The position numbers and the translations under genes were made by a program. Positions 35,828 through 45,703 of a DNA stretch of 64,000 nt are shown here, one piece after another. Location: NCBI GenBank assembly GCA_048938385.1, contig JBHLMG010000007.1, positions 1 through 64,000 of the forward strand. Reading direction: 5' to 3'. The notes beneath the pieces are model-generated. The model was not told the DNA's origin, did no database searches, and saw nothing but the letters and a program-made list of their open reading frames with translations. The stretch is from Promethearchaeota archaeon. Its GTDB lineage: Archaea; Asgardarchaeota; Hermodarchaeia; Hermodarchaeales; Hermodarchaeaceae. Within the stretch, counting starts at the first letter, position 1. Each line of letters begins with the position of its first letter.

Positions 35828-36607
35828 ATGCCTGAAGCCCAAATAAGTGATGATGTAACGCTCTATTATGAAGAACAAGGTGAAGGTTTTCCGCTCCTTC
35901 TTATCCATGGATTGTTAAGCGATCTAACCAGCTGGCGATACCAATTTGACCATTTTGCTAAGCATTATCGGGTTATCGCTGTCGATCTGAAAGGGTTCGG
36001 CAAATCTACGAAGCCACGCAAGGAATACCGCGTTCACTCACACGCCGACGATCTCATTGTGCTTCTTCGTAATCTGAATATTGCCCAGGCTCACATTTGT
36101 GGACTCTCTATGGGTGGAATGGTCGCAGAAGTGTTAGCGCTAAAATCTCCCCAACTTGTAAAAGGGCTAGTTCTTGCTGATTCCGCCGCAATGATCGCAG
36201 ATTATGCAGTAAGCGATCGTCTCACCCTCATCAGTGATCACGACATGAACTGGTTTGCCGATTGGGGGACAAAGAAAATACTTCGGCTTGCTACCGATGA
36301 AGCCAAGAACCATGTACGGGAAATGATTCGCCGAGTCAACAAGACTGACTATCGCCTAGCTATTATTTCAACAGCAGGATTCAACATCGCAAACGAATTG
36401 AAGAAGATAGCATCACCAACCCTCATCATTCAAGGCGAGAAAGATGAAACAGTTCCCATGTGGCATGCCGAACAACTAAAAAATTGGATCCCCAATACGA
36501 AATTTGTTGTTATGAAAGGCGCTTCGCATATGACGCCTGTGGATAATCCTGAGGAATTTAATCAACTCGTGTTAAATTTTCTTGCTGAAGTTGATGCATC
36601 CGTCTGA
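35828..36607 (+). CDS. Alpha/beta hydrolase, PcaD-like
   Basis: HG oxyanion motif, GLSMGG nucleophile elbow, GEKD and SH catalytic residues. Confidence 0.92.
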   Translation: MPEAQISDDVTLYYEEQGEGFPLLLIHGLLSDLTSWRYQFDHFAKHYRVIAVDLKGFGKSTKPRKEYRVHSHADDLIVLLRNLNIAQAHICGLSMGGMVAEVLALKSPQLVKGLVLADSAAMIADYAVSDRLTLISDHDMNWFADWGTKKILRLATDEAKNHVREMIRRVNKTDYRLAIISTAGFNIANELKKIASPTLIIQGEKDETVPMWHAEQLKNWIPNTKFVVMKGASHMTPVDNPEEFNQLVLNFLAEVDASV

Positions 36608-36618
36608 TGTGAGACAAC

Positions 36619-38190
36619 ATGATGGACATACCCCCACCAGATGCCTGGAACTGGATTGGGAATTGGCTTGGGCGCCGAGCCTCTCTCTCACCCCATCGCG
36701 AAGCCTTACTCGATCCCCATACAGAGCAACGATACACCTACTATGACCTTGATCAACGAGGCAATCAACTCGCCCATTTCCTTTACAACCGATACAACAT
36801 CCGAAAAGGGGATCGCGTTGCGTTTCTGCTGAACAACCGCCTTGAATGCATTGATGCGTTTACTGCCTGTGGAAAACTTGGGGCGATTTTAGTCCCTCTT
36901 AACGCTCGTTTAACGGCAGATGAGCACAAAGAATATCTCAGCACCATAACTCCCAAGGTCCTTATTTACGAAAACATCTTTGACGCAACCATCCAACAAT
37001 TCCGACCCCATGTATCTAGCATCAAACATTACCTAGCACTCGATAAGTCATCTCTCGCTGACGCTGACTCCTATCAGAAGGAACTCACGGGTCAACCCAC
37101 CACAGCGCCTCTCCAGGAACCCATACGCTTTGAAGACCCTTTTCTCATCCTTCCGACAGGTGGGACAACCGGTCTTCCCAAAGGCGCCGTACTCAGCCAC
37201 CGCCATATCTTTTGGAACTCCGTTAACACCATCGTGTGCTGGGGAATCAATCCCACCGATGTCTGTCCAATCATCTTTCCCCTTTTCCACACAGGTGGCT
37301 GGAATGTGCTCCTCATTCCTCTTATCCATGTTGGAGCTCGTTTTATACTGTGGCAAAAATTCGATGCCCTCGATACGCTTCGCCGCATCGAAAAGGAACG
37401 CTGCACCATTATCATTGGCGTGCCAACCATGTACCATGTGATGATTAACACTCCTGAGTTCACCACCACTGATTTCAGTTCTGTGCGCTTCTGGCTCAGT
37501 GGCGGAGCTCCTTGTCCAGTATCGATTATGGAGACCTTCTGGAAACGCGGTCAAGAGTTTGCCATGGGTTATGGGCTCACAGAAGTTGGTCCCAACAATT
37601 TCTTTATGCCTCCTGGCGCTTCACGGAGCAAACCTACGGCTGTAGGATTGCCCTTTTTCCACAACGAAGTTCGCATCGTGAACGACGACCTAGAGGATGT
37701 CCCCTTTGGGGAGGTTGGGGAACTCCTGCTTCGGGGACCCCACGCTTTTAGTGGCTACTGGAACAATCCACAGGCCACACAAGATACCATCGAACCAGAT
37801 GGCTGGGTTCATACCGGAGATCTTGTACGGCAAGATGAAGACGGCTTCTTCTACATTGCCGGACGGAAGAAAGAAATGCTGATTTCAGGCGGGGAGAATA
37901 TTTTTCCCATCGAAATAGAGCGAGTTTTAGAAGAGCACGAGTCGGTTGATGCAGTTGCCGTCGTTGGTATGCCGGATAAAAAATGGGGTGAAGTGCCCTT
38001 TGCGTTCGTAGCCTTAAAGGAAGGATCAACCGTTACAGAAGCTGATTTGAAGGCTTTCATGCAGACAAAAATTGCACGATACAAAGTTCCGAAGAAAATC
38101 GCGTTTCTGGAGAAACTCCCATTAACAAGTGCGGGAAAAGTTGACCGACGAGCTCTGGAGCGACAAGCGTTAAAATTCGTTGGAGCCTAA
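36619..38190 (+). CDS. Acyl-CoA synthetase (AMP-forming)
   Basis: TGGTTGLPKG, GYGLTE, TGD, GRKKE.LISGGEN, P.TSAGK. Confidence 0.95.
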   Translation: MMDIPPPDAWNWIGNWLGRRASLSPHREALLDPHTEQRYTYYDLDQRGNQLAHFLYNRYNIRKGDRVAFLLNNRLECIDAFTACGKLGAILVPLNARLTADEHKEYLSTITPKVLIYENIFDATIQQFRPHVSSIKHYLALDKSSLADADSYQKELTGQPTTAPLQEPIRFEDPFLILPTGGTTGLPKGAVLSHRHIFWNSVNTIVCWGINPTDVCPIIFPLFHTGGWNVLLIPLIHVGARFILWQKFDALDTLRRIEKERCTIIIGVPTMYHVMINTPEFTTTDFSSVRFWLSGGAPCPVSIMETFWKRGQEFAMGYGLTEVGPNNFFMPPGASRSKPTAVGLPFFHNEVRIVNDDLEDVPFGEVGELLLRGPHAFSGYWNNPQATQDTIEPDGWVHTGDLVRQDEDGFFYIAGRKKEMLISGGENIFPIEIERVLEEHESVDAVAVVGMPDKKWGEVPFAFVALKEGSTVTEADLKAFMQTKIARYKVPKKIAFLEKLPLTSAGKVDRRALERQALKFVGA

Positions 38191-38241
38191 ACCACCGAAT
38201 CCCTGAATATCGAAAAACCACCCTTAGAACTAAAGTGGGTG

Positions 38242-38727
38242 TCACTTCTCGCTCTTTTCTGGTGGTGGCCAAATTCCTAGGATTTTTCGTAGGAGGACGA
38301 TTTGTCCGATGTGGTAACTGTTGTGCTGAAATTCGATGATTATTCCCCTGCCGAGTGGGGCGCCACCAAATCCCTTGACGGTTCGAGTCAAGTCTTCGGT
38401 TTCGGAGAGTTCTTTGAGTTTGATAAGGTGGGTTGTGAACTTTGCAACGAGTTTTTTCCAAGCCTTATCAGTGAAATCGGCATCCTCTGGCAACCAGTCT
38501 TTGTCTTTAAGGCTCTGCCAATCGATATCTTCTTCTTGAATGGCTTTCAGCGTGATATCGTGCCAAAACACCATGTGGAAAAGGTGATCCCATATCGATC
38601 GTTCGTTCTTTACAGGTTGCTTTTTTGCCTCTTCAGCGGTTAGTCCTTGAAGGGCTTTAAGCACATCATAGTGTGCGTCTTTGCCATATAATGCATCAGT
38701 AAAAGCCTGTCGTATCCAATTTGTCAT
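38242..38727 (-). CDS. DinB/YfiT-like metalloprotein
   Basis: SIWDHLFH and HNSYHIGQI motifs. Confidence 0.88.
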   Translation of the reverse strand: MTNWIRQAFTDALYGKDAHYDVLKALQGLTAEEAKKQPVKNERSIWDHLFHMVFWHDITLKAIQEEDIDWQSLKDKDWLPEDADFTDKAWKKLVAKFTTHLIKLKELSETEDLTRTVKGFGGAPLGRGIIIEFQHNSYHIGQIVLLRKILGIWPPPEKSEK

Positions 38728-38853
38728 GGTCTTGACCCTTGATATTTTTGTCTTCTCAGTAGTGTAAGTTATATGGAAAATAGGTTTTTCCTTACCTGCA
38801 GATTAGAGTATCTAAATCTGTGAAGGTTCAATCACAATTGATGTGGTATCCCG

Positions 38854-40755
38854 ATGCTGGCTATCGAGAATGGATGGTTCATTGACGATTTTGGACGGAA
38901 GGTATTACTCCGTGGAATTAACCTCGGAGGGAGTTCAAAGGTCCCCAAGACTCCTAACGGTGCCACTCACCTCAAATCGGATTTTACTAATTATAATGTG
39001 TCTTTTGTCGGACGACCCTTTCCACTCCAGGAGGCACCTACACATTTTCAGCGTATTCGGCACTGGGGTTTCAACGCCCTACGATTCCTCATCACCTGGG
39101 AAGCCATTGAACATAGCGGTCCTCGATGTTACGACAAAGAATACTTAGACTATATCGAGGAAATCCTCAAGGTAGCTGCGGAGCATGAGTTGTATATTTT
39201 CATTGATCCACACCAGGATTTATGGGGCCGGGCTTCAGGAGGGGATGGTGCACCTATTTGGACTTATGAAAAAGTGGGACTTGATGTCAGGCAATTCGAT
39301 GCATCCGAAGCTGCGTTTGTAATGCAGCATCGCTACGATCCAACAAATGCTGATGCGTACCCTCCGATGTCTTGGCTTCAAAACTATGGGCGTTTCGCCA
39401 CTTGTACTATGTTTACGCTCTTTTTTGGAGGCATTGATTTCGCACCAGCTTCTAAGATAGAAGGCATCTCCACTCAGGACTATCTACAGAAACATTTCAT
39501 CAATGCCATCAAACAAGTAGCAAAGCGTATCCATGACAATCCCTTTGTAATTGGTTTTGAAACGATGAATGAGCCTAGCCCAGGGTGGATCGGTCAACGA
39601 GTGGACGGTGCCTCCAAACTAATATCACGTGAACTGTTCTATAGCATCAATCCTTTCGACGCCATGCTTCTTGCTGCAGGCTTTCCTCGTGAAATCCCAT
39701 ACAATCTCATAAAGCGATTTGCCATTAGGGAGATTCGTCGCGACCTTCTAAATCCAGGTAGAATTAGCTGTTGGCTTGATGGGTTTGAGGATGTTTGGCG
39801 ACAACATGGAGTGTGGGGTTTGAATGAGGTGGGAACACCTGTTATTCTCCGGAACGATTATTTCCAAATCCAAAATGGAAAACAAGTAGATTTCTTAGAA
39901 GATTATCTATCACCTTTTGTCCAGCGTTTCGCGTCAATGATTCGTGAAATCTGTCCGCAGACCCTGATCGGAATCCAACTGCCAGCGGAGGGAGCGATGC
40001 ACGGAGAAGCCTTTCTCTCTAACCCACCAGAAAATAGCGTAAATTCCTCACACTGGTATGATGAAATCACTGTTGGCCTCAAACGATTTCGTGGCTGGTT
40101 AAGTTATGATACTGTCAACAATAGACTAGTTCTTGGAAATACAAATGTACAGAAGATGTTCATCCGGCAACTCGGAAAAATCAAAGCCATGTCCAAGGAT
40201 ATACCCACCATTGTTGGGGAATTCGGATTGTGTTTTGATCTCAATAATCGGAAGGCCTTTCAAATTTTGAAGGATCGCCCTCGAAATGCTTGGAGAACAC
40301 ACATCCAAGCTCTTTCCATGTACTATAATGCAATGGACGCCAATCTACTCCATTCTATGCTCTGGAACTACACTGCAGACAATGACAATACTTGGGGTGA
40401 TCAGTGGAACCAAGAGGACTTCTCAATTTTCAGTCGTACTCAGCAAATCAATCCGACAGACATCAACAGCGGAGGGCGAGCCATCGAAGGTTTTTGCCGT
40501 CCATATTTCATCGCAGTCGCTGGAACCCCTCTCCTTATGACCTTCTCAACGAAACGGAAGGTGTTTCGTTTCGAGTTCGATGCCAACCCAGGTATAGACG
40601 CTCCTACGATTCTCTACATTCCACAAATTCAATATCCTAATGGCTATCGCGTTGCCGCTCCTGATCTCCTCCTAGAAGAAACATCTAACCCTCAGCTTCT
40701 TGCATTTCGTGTTCATGATACGGGAGCGAAACGAATTCTAATTACTCCTGTTTAA
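38854..40755 (+). CDS. GH5 glycosidase, endoglycoceramidase-related (EGCrP/Egh1, GH5_12-like)
   Basis: RGINLGGSSKVP, GRPFPL, TWEAIEH, DPHQD.W.R.SGG.GAP, NEP, HWYD, GEFG, W(N)Y..DN...GD.WN.EDFS. Confidence 0.88.
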   Translation: MLAIENGWFIDDFGRKVLLRGINLGGSSKVPKTPNGATHLKSDFTNYNVSFVGRPFPLQEAPTHFQRIRHWGFNALRFLITWEAIEHSGPRCYDKEYLDYIEEILKVAAEHELYIFIDPHQDLWGRASGGDGAPIWTYEKVGLDVRQFDASEAAFVMQHRYDPTNADAYPPMSWLQNYGRFATCTMFTLFFGGIDFAPASKIEGISTQDYLQKHFINAIKQVAKRIHDNPFVIGFETMNEPSPGWIGQRVDGASKLISRELFYSINPFDAMLLAAGFPREIPYNLIKRFAIREIRRDLLNPGRISCWLDGFEDVWRQHGVWGLNEVGTPVILRNDYFQIQNGKQVDFLEDYLSPFVQRFASMIREICPQTLIGIQLPAEGAMHGEAFLSNPPENSVNSSHWYDEITVGLKRFRGWLSYDTVNNRLVLGNTNVQKMFIRQLGKIKAMSKDIPTIVGEFGLCFDLNNRKAFQILKDRPRNAWRTHIQALSMYYNAMDANLLHSMLWNYTADNDNTWGDQWNQEDFSIFSRTQQINPTDINSGGRAIEGFCRPYFIAVAGTPLLMTFSTKRKVFRFEFDANPGIDAPTILYIPQIQYPNGYRVAAPDLLLEETSNPQLLAFRVHDTGAKRILITPV

Positions 40756-40810
40756 GGAATAACACATAAGAGGAACATATCAATCTTCATCGGAAACAAG
40801 TGAATTTCCC

Positions 40811-40972
40811 ATGATGAAAGAAGACAAATGTCAACAATGTGAACATACCAATGACTTCAAAGGTTGTGCACTAAAACACATTACTACGGCCCGAAAGCTA
40901 ATTTCCGAAGGGGATCTCAAAGGGGCCGAACATCAACTCGAATGCGTGGAACGACATCTAAAACAAATGTAA
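40811..40972 (+). CDS. Small Cys/His-rich protein (53 aa), missed by the ORF track
   Basis: MMKEDKCQQCEHTNDFKGCALKHITTARKLISEGDLKGAEHQLECVERHLKQM; AAGTGA SD-like sequence upstream; fills the gap. Confidence 0.6.
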   Translation: MMKEDKCQQCEHTNDFKGCALKHITTARKLISEGDLKGAEHQLECVERHLKQM

Positions 40973-40981
40973 AACTATTCT

Positions 40982-42001
40982 CTAACCCCATTTAATGCAG
41001 GTTGCTGACCATGTATATCCGATGCCAGCTGCGGCCATACAAACCAAATTTCCGGGTTGAATTTTTCCGTGTTTCAGCCCCTCTTCAATGGACACAATAG
41101 CGTCATTTTGTCCCATATGGCCATATTCTTCAAAGTAGGTGGTTTGATCCATTGTCAAGCCAAGTTCATCGATCACATAAGTGAAGGCGGAGCGTTTCAT
41201 GTGGAGTAACGCAAGGTAATCGATGTCTTGAATCGAAAAGCCACTTCGATGGGTTGCATCATCTATGACTCGGATGAAGTTTTCCATCGATAATTTATCT
41301 AATCGCTCTTTCATGCCAGAGGGATCAGGCACATCCAAGTATTGCAACCCTTGTTCAATGGCTTCACAAGTAATGGGCTGTTCGGTTCCTCCTGCGGGGC
41401 AATAAACATCATCAGCAAAGGAACCGTCAGTGATAATTGTGGTTTCAAGTACTCGGTTGTGGGGATATTCGCGTTGTAAAAGCGCGGCAACACCACTAGC
41501 AGCAAGGCTGAACATGAATCGGCTCCGATCATTTTTGTAGTTAATCAGGTCGCAATTTTGATATCCACTTGCCAATAGAATAGTTTGAACATCCGGTTCT
41601 GCCGCCATGAGGGCTTTGGCAAGGCGAAATCCACCCATTAATGTGGCACACCGTGCACTCAGATCCAACGCCCAGGCGTTAGTCGCTCCAATGTTGTATG
41701 AGAGTTTGACACCTGCTACCTGCATGGGGCGTTCAATGAATGTTTCACCTGTCCAAAGAACTACATCAATATCATCCGCTGTGATACTTGGGGCCTTTTT
41801 GAGGGCGGTTTGAGCGGCACGACTACCCATTGTAATAGGGCCATCTTCTGGTCCACCTACGGTTTTACTTGTCAATCCGAACTTTGTAATGAGAATGTCC
41901 TCGGGGATGTTAGTTTCCTTCGAAATATGGGCGGCTGTATGACGATGTTCAGGAAGATATACTCCGGTGCTCACCAGTCCCACTGACACTTGTTTCTCCA
42001 T
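40982..42001 (-). CDS. FabH-like (3-oxoacyl synthase III / thiolase superfamily) enzyme
   Basis: Catalytic Cys in ARCAT, His in LHMK, YGHMGQND, AAAGIGYTW. Confidence 0.88.
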   Translation of the reverse strand: MEKQVSVGLVSTGVYLPEHRHTAAHISKETNIPEDILITKFGLTSKTVGGPEDGPITMGSRAAQTALKKAPSITADDIDVVLWTGETFIERPMQVAGVKLSYNIGATNAWALDLSARCATLMGGFRLAKALMAAEPDVQTILLASGYQNCDLINYKNDRSRFMFSLAASGVAALLQREYPHNRVLETTIITDGSFADDVYCPAGGTEQPITCEAIEQGLQYLDVPDPSGMKERLDKLSMENFIRVIDDATHRSGFSIQDIDYLALLHMKRSAFTYVIDELGLTMDQTTYFEEYGHMGQNDAIVSIEEGLKHGKIQPGNLVCMAAAGIGYTWSATCIKWG

Positions 42002-42083
42002 GCGTTTTCACCTTTGAATCGGAGTCAGGCTGTGTGCTTAGGGCGTCATGGTGCCTTAAAAAAATGCTTGGCTTTTCAGGAGG

Positions 42084-43454
42084 TTAGTTAGCTGAGATAT
42101 TTTCGATGCGTTCACGCGTTTCCCTAGCATTGGTCTTTATGTCTTTACGAATATTGTACAGGATTGGAATAATCGCTAGGGCGGCGATGAAAAAGAAGAT
42201 GCAGATAATCGCTAAGGCTGGTGAGTAAAACCCGCCAAAGTAGGTGGCTGCTATTGATGCGGGGAGTTGGGTCCCTAAAGCCACGCCAATGACATGTGCA
42301 AGGAGGTGCAAAGAGAGAGCAGTACTTCGGATTTCTGGGGTATTAATGTCCCCGGCACTGACATAAATGAGGGGGGAGAGTCCGGCATCAAAAAAGGTGC
42401 CCGTGAAAAGGAGGATAAAGAATGTAAGGGTTATGGGATTGAGGAATAGATCTATAATGGTAAAGCCAGAAGCCCAAAAGGGGTAGAAGCACGCTATGAG
42501 AAGAATGGGTCCAGCAGCTAAAGTGCACAATAGGATTAAATCGATGCGACCGCGTTTATTTTTCCGAAACAGGCGGTCACCCCATCGACCAAAGATTGCA
42601 GTACCAGCGATTTGGCTCATTAAGGCTAAGGTCATGAAGATTGTCGCAACAAAAATATCGAGTCCGTGGTCAATATTCAGCCAGCGAACAGCCCAGGTGC
42701 CAAAAGCCGCAACGGGTATGATGGCAATGATGCCGACAACGATTAGCCAGATGTTTGATGGTTTGCGCCACATCCTGTGGAGGTCTTTCAGGCTTAATTT
42801 GTAAGTGTAAACATGACCTGCTTCATGGAGGTCTGCAAGACATTCTTCATGTTGTCCTCGGGGAGGTTCTCGAGTTAGGAAAAGGAGGAGTCCTGAGGCA
42901 AACCCGACGATTACGATGAGGAGAAATGGCATCTGCCAGCCCCAGGTTTCTACAAGAAGTCCGCTTACCATTACACCAAATCCATATCCTGCTCCGGCTG
43001 CAGTGCTTAGTAACCCAATTGTGGTGGAACGAAAGCTAGCTGGAACGCAGTCAATAGTCATTGACAAAGCAAGGGGAGCCGTAGCTCCAATGCCGACAGC
43101 TGCGAGACTATAGAATAAAAATAGCGTCCAGTAGTTGATGTAAGGAAGGAGAATGGGAATCAGCCAAAAAATCCAGAAGAAGGTGCTGATTATGAGGAGC
43201 CTTCGACGGGTGGTTCGATCAGCCATATATGCCCAGGGTATAGCTGTAAAACCCGAGATGAGGAGGAAGATGGTGACTATGAACGCGATCCAATCATCGG
43301 AGGGGACACCAAGTATTGGAACAACGATGCCTGACATCGGTGGCAATATTGCACTTGCAGCGGCAATGGTGAGTGAAAGGAGGAAGAGAATGCCATATGT
43401 TAAGCGGTCCTGGCGTTTCCATTGATCCGCTGGTTGCTTCTGCTCCGCTGTCAT
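42084..43454 (-). CDS. MFS transporter, Spinster-like
   Basis: 12 TM segments, ADRTTRR motif A, REPPRG loop motif. Confidence 0.85.
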   Translation of the reverse strand: MTAEQKQPADQWKRQDRLTYGILFLLSLTIAAASAILPPMSGIVVPILGVPSDDWIAFIVTIFLLISGFTAIPWAYMADRTTRRRLLIISTFFWIFWLIPILLPYINYWTLFLFYSLAAVGIGATAPLALSMTIDCVPASFRSTTIGLLSTAAGAGYGFGVMVSGLLVETWGWQMPFLLIVIVGFASGLLLFLTREPPRGQHEECLADLHEAGHVYTYKLSLKDLHRMWRKPSNIWLIVVGIIAIIPVAAFGTWAVRWLNIDHGLDIFVATIFMTLALMSQIAGTAIFGRWGDRLFRKNKRGRIDLILLCTLAAGPILLIACFYPFWASGFTIIDLFLNPITLTFFILLFTGTFFDAGLSPLIYVSAGDINTPEIRSTALSLHLLAHVIGVALGTQLPASIAATYFGGFYSPALAIICIFFFIAALAIIPILYNIRKDIKTNARETRERIENISAN

Positions 43455-43617
43455 TCATAGTCACACCGAAAGTGCGCATGCCAACCTCTAAGGGCGATTA
43501 ATAGTTTTCCAACCAACGGGAAACCGTTGAGTATAATTGAGGGGAATGAGTGATGTGAAAAGGTCTTAAGGTGAATCAAAACTCACAATGTTGCATCCAT
43601 CTAAAGAGGTATGAAGT

Positions 43618-44829
43618 ATGAACCATAAAACCACTACACTGATCATGGCAGGAACAGCCCATGGTTTGGTTCACTTACTCATGCTTTCTTTACCCTATAT
43701 CACTGTGAAGCTCCTACAAGTAACACCCGTTCTTCCTGGACAAGAGGCGTTAATTGTCATTCTTCTTAATACTCCTTCCTACTTTGTCTTTGGATTGGGT
43801 GCAATTCCTGCTGGAGTGCTCTGTGACCGAATTGGTCCCACAAAAACGATAGCCATCGGGCTTTTCTTAGCTGTATGCTCTGGTATCGGGTTGTTCTTCC
43901 TGTGGCCGCTAGGTATAGGGACGATTGCGCTATTTTTTATTCTATACAGTTTTGGAGCTGGTTTGTATCATCCCGCGGGCACAACCTGGGTATCAAATAC
44001 TTTCCAAGAAAATCGGGGTAAGGCACTAGGGCGCCATGGAATTGGTGGAAGCATTGGACAAGCCTCTGCACCTATTCTTTCTGCGCTCATTCTCAGCACA
44101 ATCTTTTGGTCAGCTATCTTTCTTGTTCTAGCCCTTATCGGCTGCATTGTAGCATTCGTCATTCTGCGTATCCGTCTCACGCCTACAGAGGTTCAGGAGT
44201 CACTTCATTCTGACAAGAAACCTAGCACGACTTTCTTTGCTGCGATGACACCGCTAGTCTTCGTTGTAATGTCGTTGGTTCTTATTACTCGTGGAATGTT
44301 GTATCGTGGAACGGTTACTGCGCTTCCCACTTACATCACAATCGAACTGCAAGCGCTCCTCGTCTTAGCCGGGTTGTTTGGAACACTTGTCTACATTGGT
44401 GGTGCTGTTGGCCAAGAAGTAGGTGGGCGCCTTACTGACAGGATTGGCTGGCAATTTACGCTGTTCATCATGTGTGTCCTCTCGGTGTTCTCCCTTCTTC
44501 TGCTCTCGATGCCCTATTCTCCAAATCTTTTGTCTGATTTACTGTTGATCATCTCTGTACTGCTATTCGGGTTTTCGTTCTTTTCAGCGCAAGCGGCGAC
44601 GAACACTATGGTTGCCGATCTCTCTACATCTTCTAACCGTGGTTCGGTGTTTGGTTGGAGTTTCTTTGCCCGCTTCGGAATGGGCGCTTTTGGAATTACC
44701 ATTGCGGGAATGATGCAGTTCCTATACGGCACTTGGGCTATGGGATTTCTCATGATGGCGATCTTAGGATTATTAGCTGCCCTATTCGTACCTCTAGTTC
44801 GTAGTCGATATGAAAAAGTAGATACTTGA
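43618..44829 (+). CDS. MFS transporter
   Basis: G.LCDRIG, YHP, RGKALG and G.LTDRIG motifs. Confidence 0.9.
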   Translation: MNHKTTTLIMAGTAHGLVHLLMLSLPYITVKLLQVTPVLPGQEALIVILLNTPSYFVFGLGAIPAGVLCDRIGPTKTIAIGLFLAVCSGIGLFFLWPLGIGTIALFFILYSFGAGLYHPAGTTWVSNTFQENRGKALGRHGIGGSIGQASAPILSALILSTIFWSAIFLVLALIGCIVAFVILRIRLTPTEVQESLHSDKKPSTTFFAAMTPLVFVVMSLVLITRGMLYRGTVTALPTYITIELQALLVLAGLFGTLVYIGGAVGQEVGGRLTDRIGWQFTLFIMCVLSVFSLLLLSMPYSPNLLSDLLLIISVLLFGFSFFSAQAATNTMVADLSTSSNRGSVFGWSFFARFGMGAFGITIAGMMQFLYGTWAMGFLMMAILGLLAALFVPLVRSRYEKVDT

Positions 44830-44890
44830 AAATTCCCACTTCAGAAATCTTTTAGTCTTGAATTTCTTGAATGACCATAGGAGATTGCAC

Positions 44891-45703
44891 ATGGCTGAGA
44901 CGAAAATGGGTAATGGCCGCCCAATTGTTGCACGACAACTTGTCCGACGATTTGGAGACACAATCGCAGTTGATCAGCTCTCCTTCGAAGTTCGGGCTGG
45001 TGAAATCTATGGGCTCCTCGGTCCAAACGGAGCGGGTAAAACCACAACTGTCAAAATGGTGAGTGGCTTGCTTCCGCCCAACGATGGACAAGTCGAAGTC
45101 TTTGGCTATGATCCAATGACAGATCCTATCGCTGTTAAAAAGCGCATTGGATTGGTACCTGAAGATCATATCCTTTATGAGTCCTTAACTCCCCGGGAAT
45201 TCTTCAACTTCATCGCATCTATACGGCGATTAGATTCGGTAGAGGTTGAAACCCGAGTGATTGCTCTCATTAGCGCCTTTGAATTCAAAGAATACTACGA
45301 TCGCCCGATCGTCACGCTGAGCCATGGGAATCGACAAAAAGCGAGTATCATTGCGGCTCTCATTCACGATCCTCCTTTACTCGTTTTGGATGAACCATTT
45401 AGCGGGCTTGATGCGCGTACTGTGCGTGTTTTCAAAGACATCTTGGATATCCATTTGAAAAATGGTGGCGGCATTCTCTTTAGTAGTCATATCCTCGAAG
45501 TGGCTGAAAGCCTCTGCGACCGAATCGGGATTATTGACGATGGACGGTTGGTGGCTGAAGGAACAGTCGATGAACTCCGAGAATTAGTTAAATCGCATGG
45601 TTCACTTGAAGAAATCTTTCTTCGGGCAGTCCAGCAAGAAGCTGAGGTTGCGGAAACCATTCGCGCTCTCCGCTTAGCTCTTTCAAAGAAAAATAATGGT
45701 TAA
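44891..45703 (+). CDS. ABC-2 type exporter ATPase
   Basis: GPNGAGKTT, LSHG, LDEPFSGLD, SSH. Confidence 0.95.
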   Translation: MAETKMGNGRPIVARQLVRRFGDTIAVDQLSFEVRAGEIYGLLGPNGAGKTTTVKMVSGLLPPNDGQVEVFGYDPMTDPIAVKKRIGLVPEDHILYESLTPREFFNFIASIRRLDSVEVETRVIALISAFEFKEYYDRPIVTLSHGNRQKASIIAALIHDPPLLVLDEPFSGLDARTVRVFKDILDIHLKNGGGILFSSHILEVAESLCDRIGIIDDGRLVAEGTVDELRELVKSHGSLEEIFLRAVQQEAEVAETIRALRLALSKKNNG

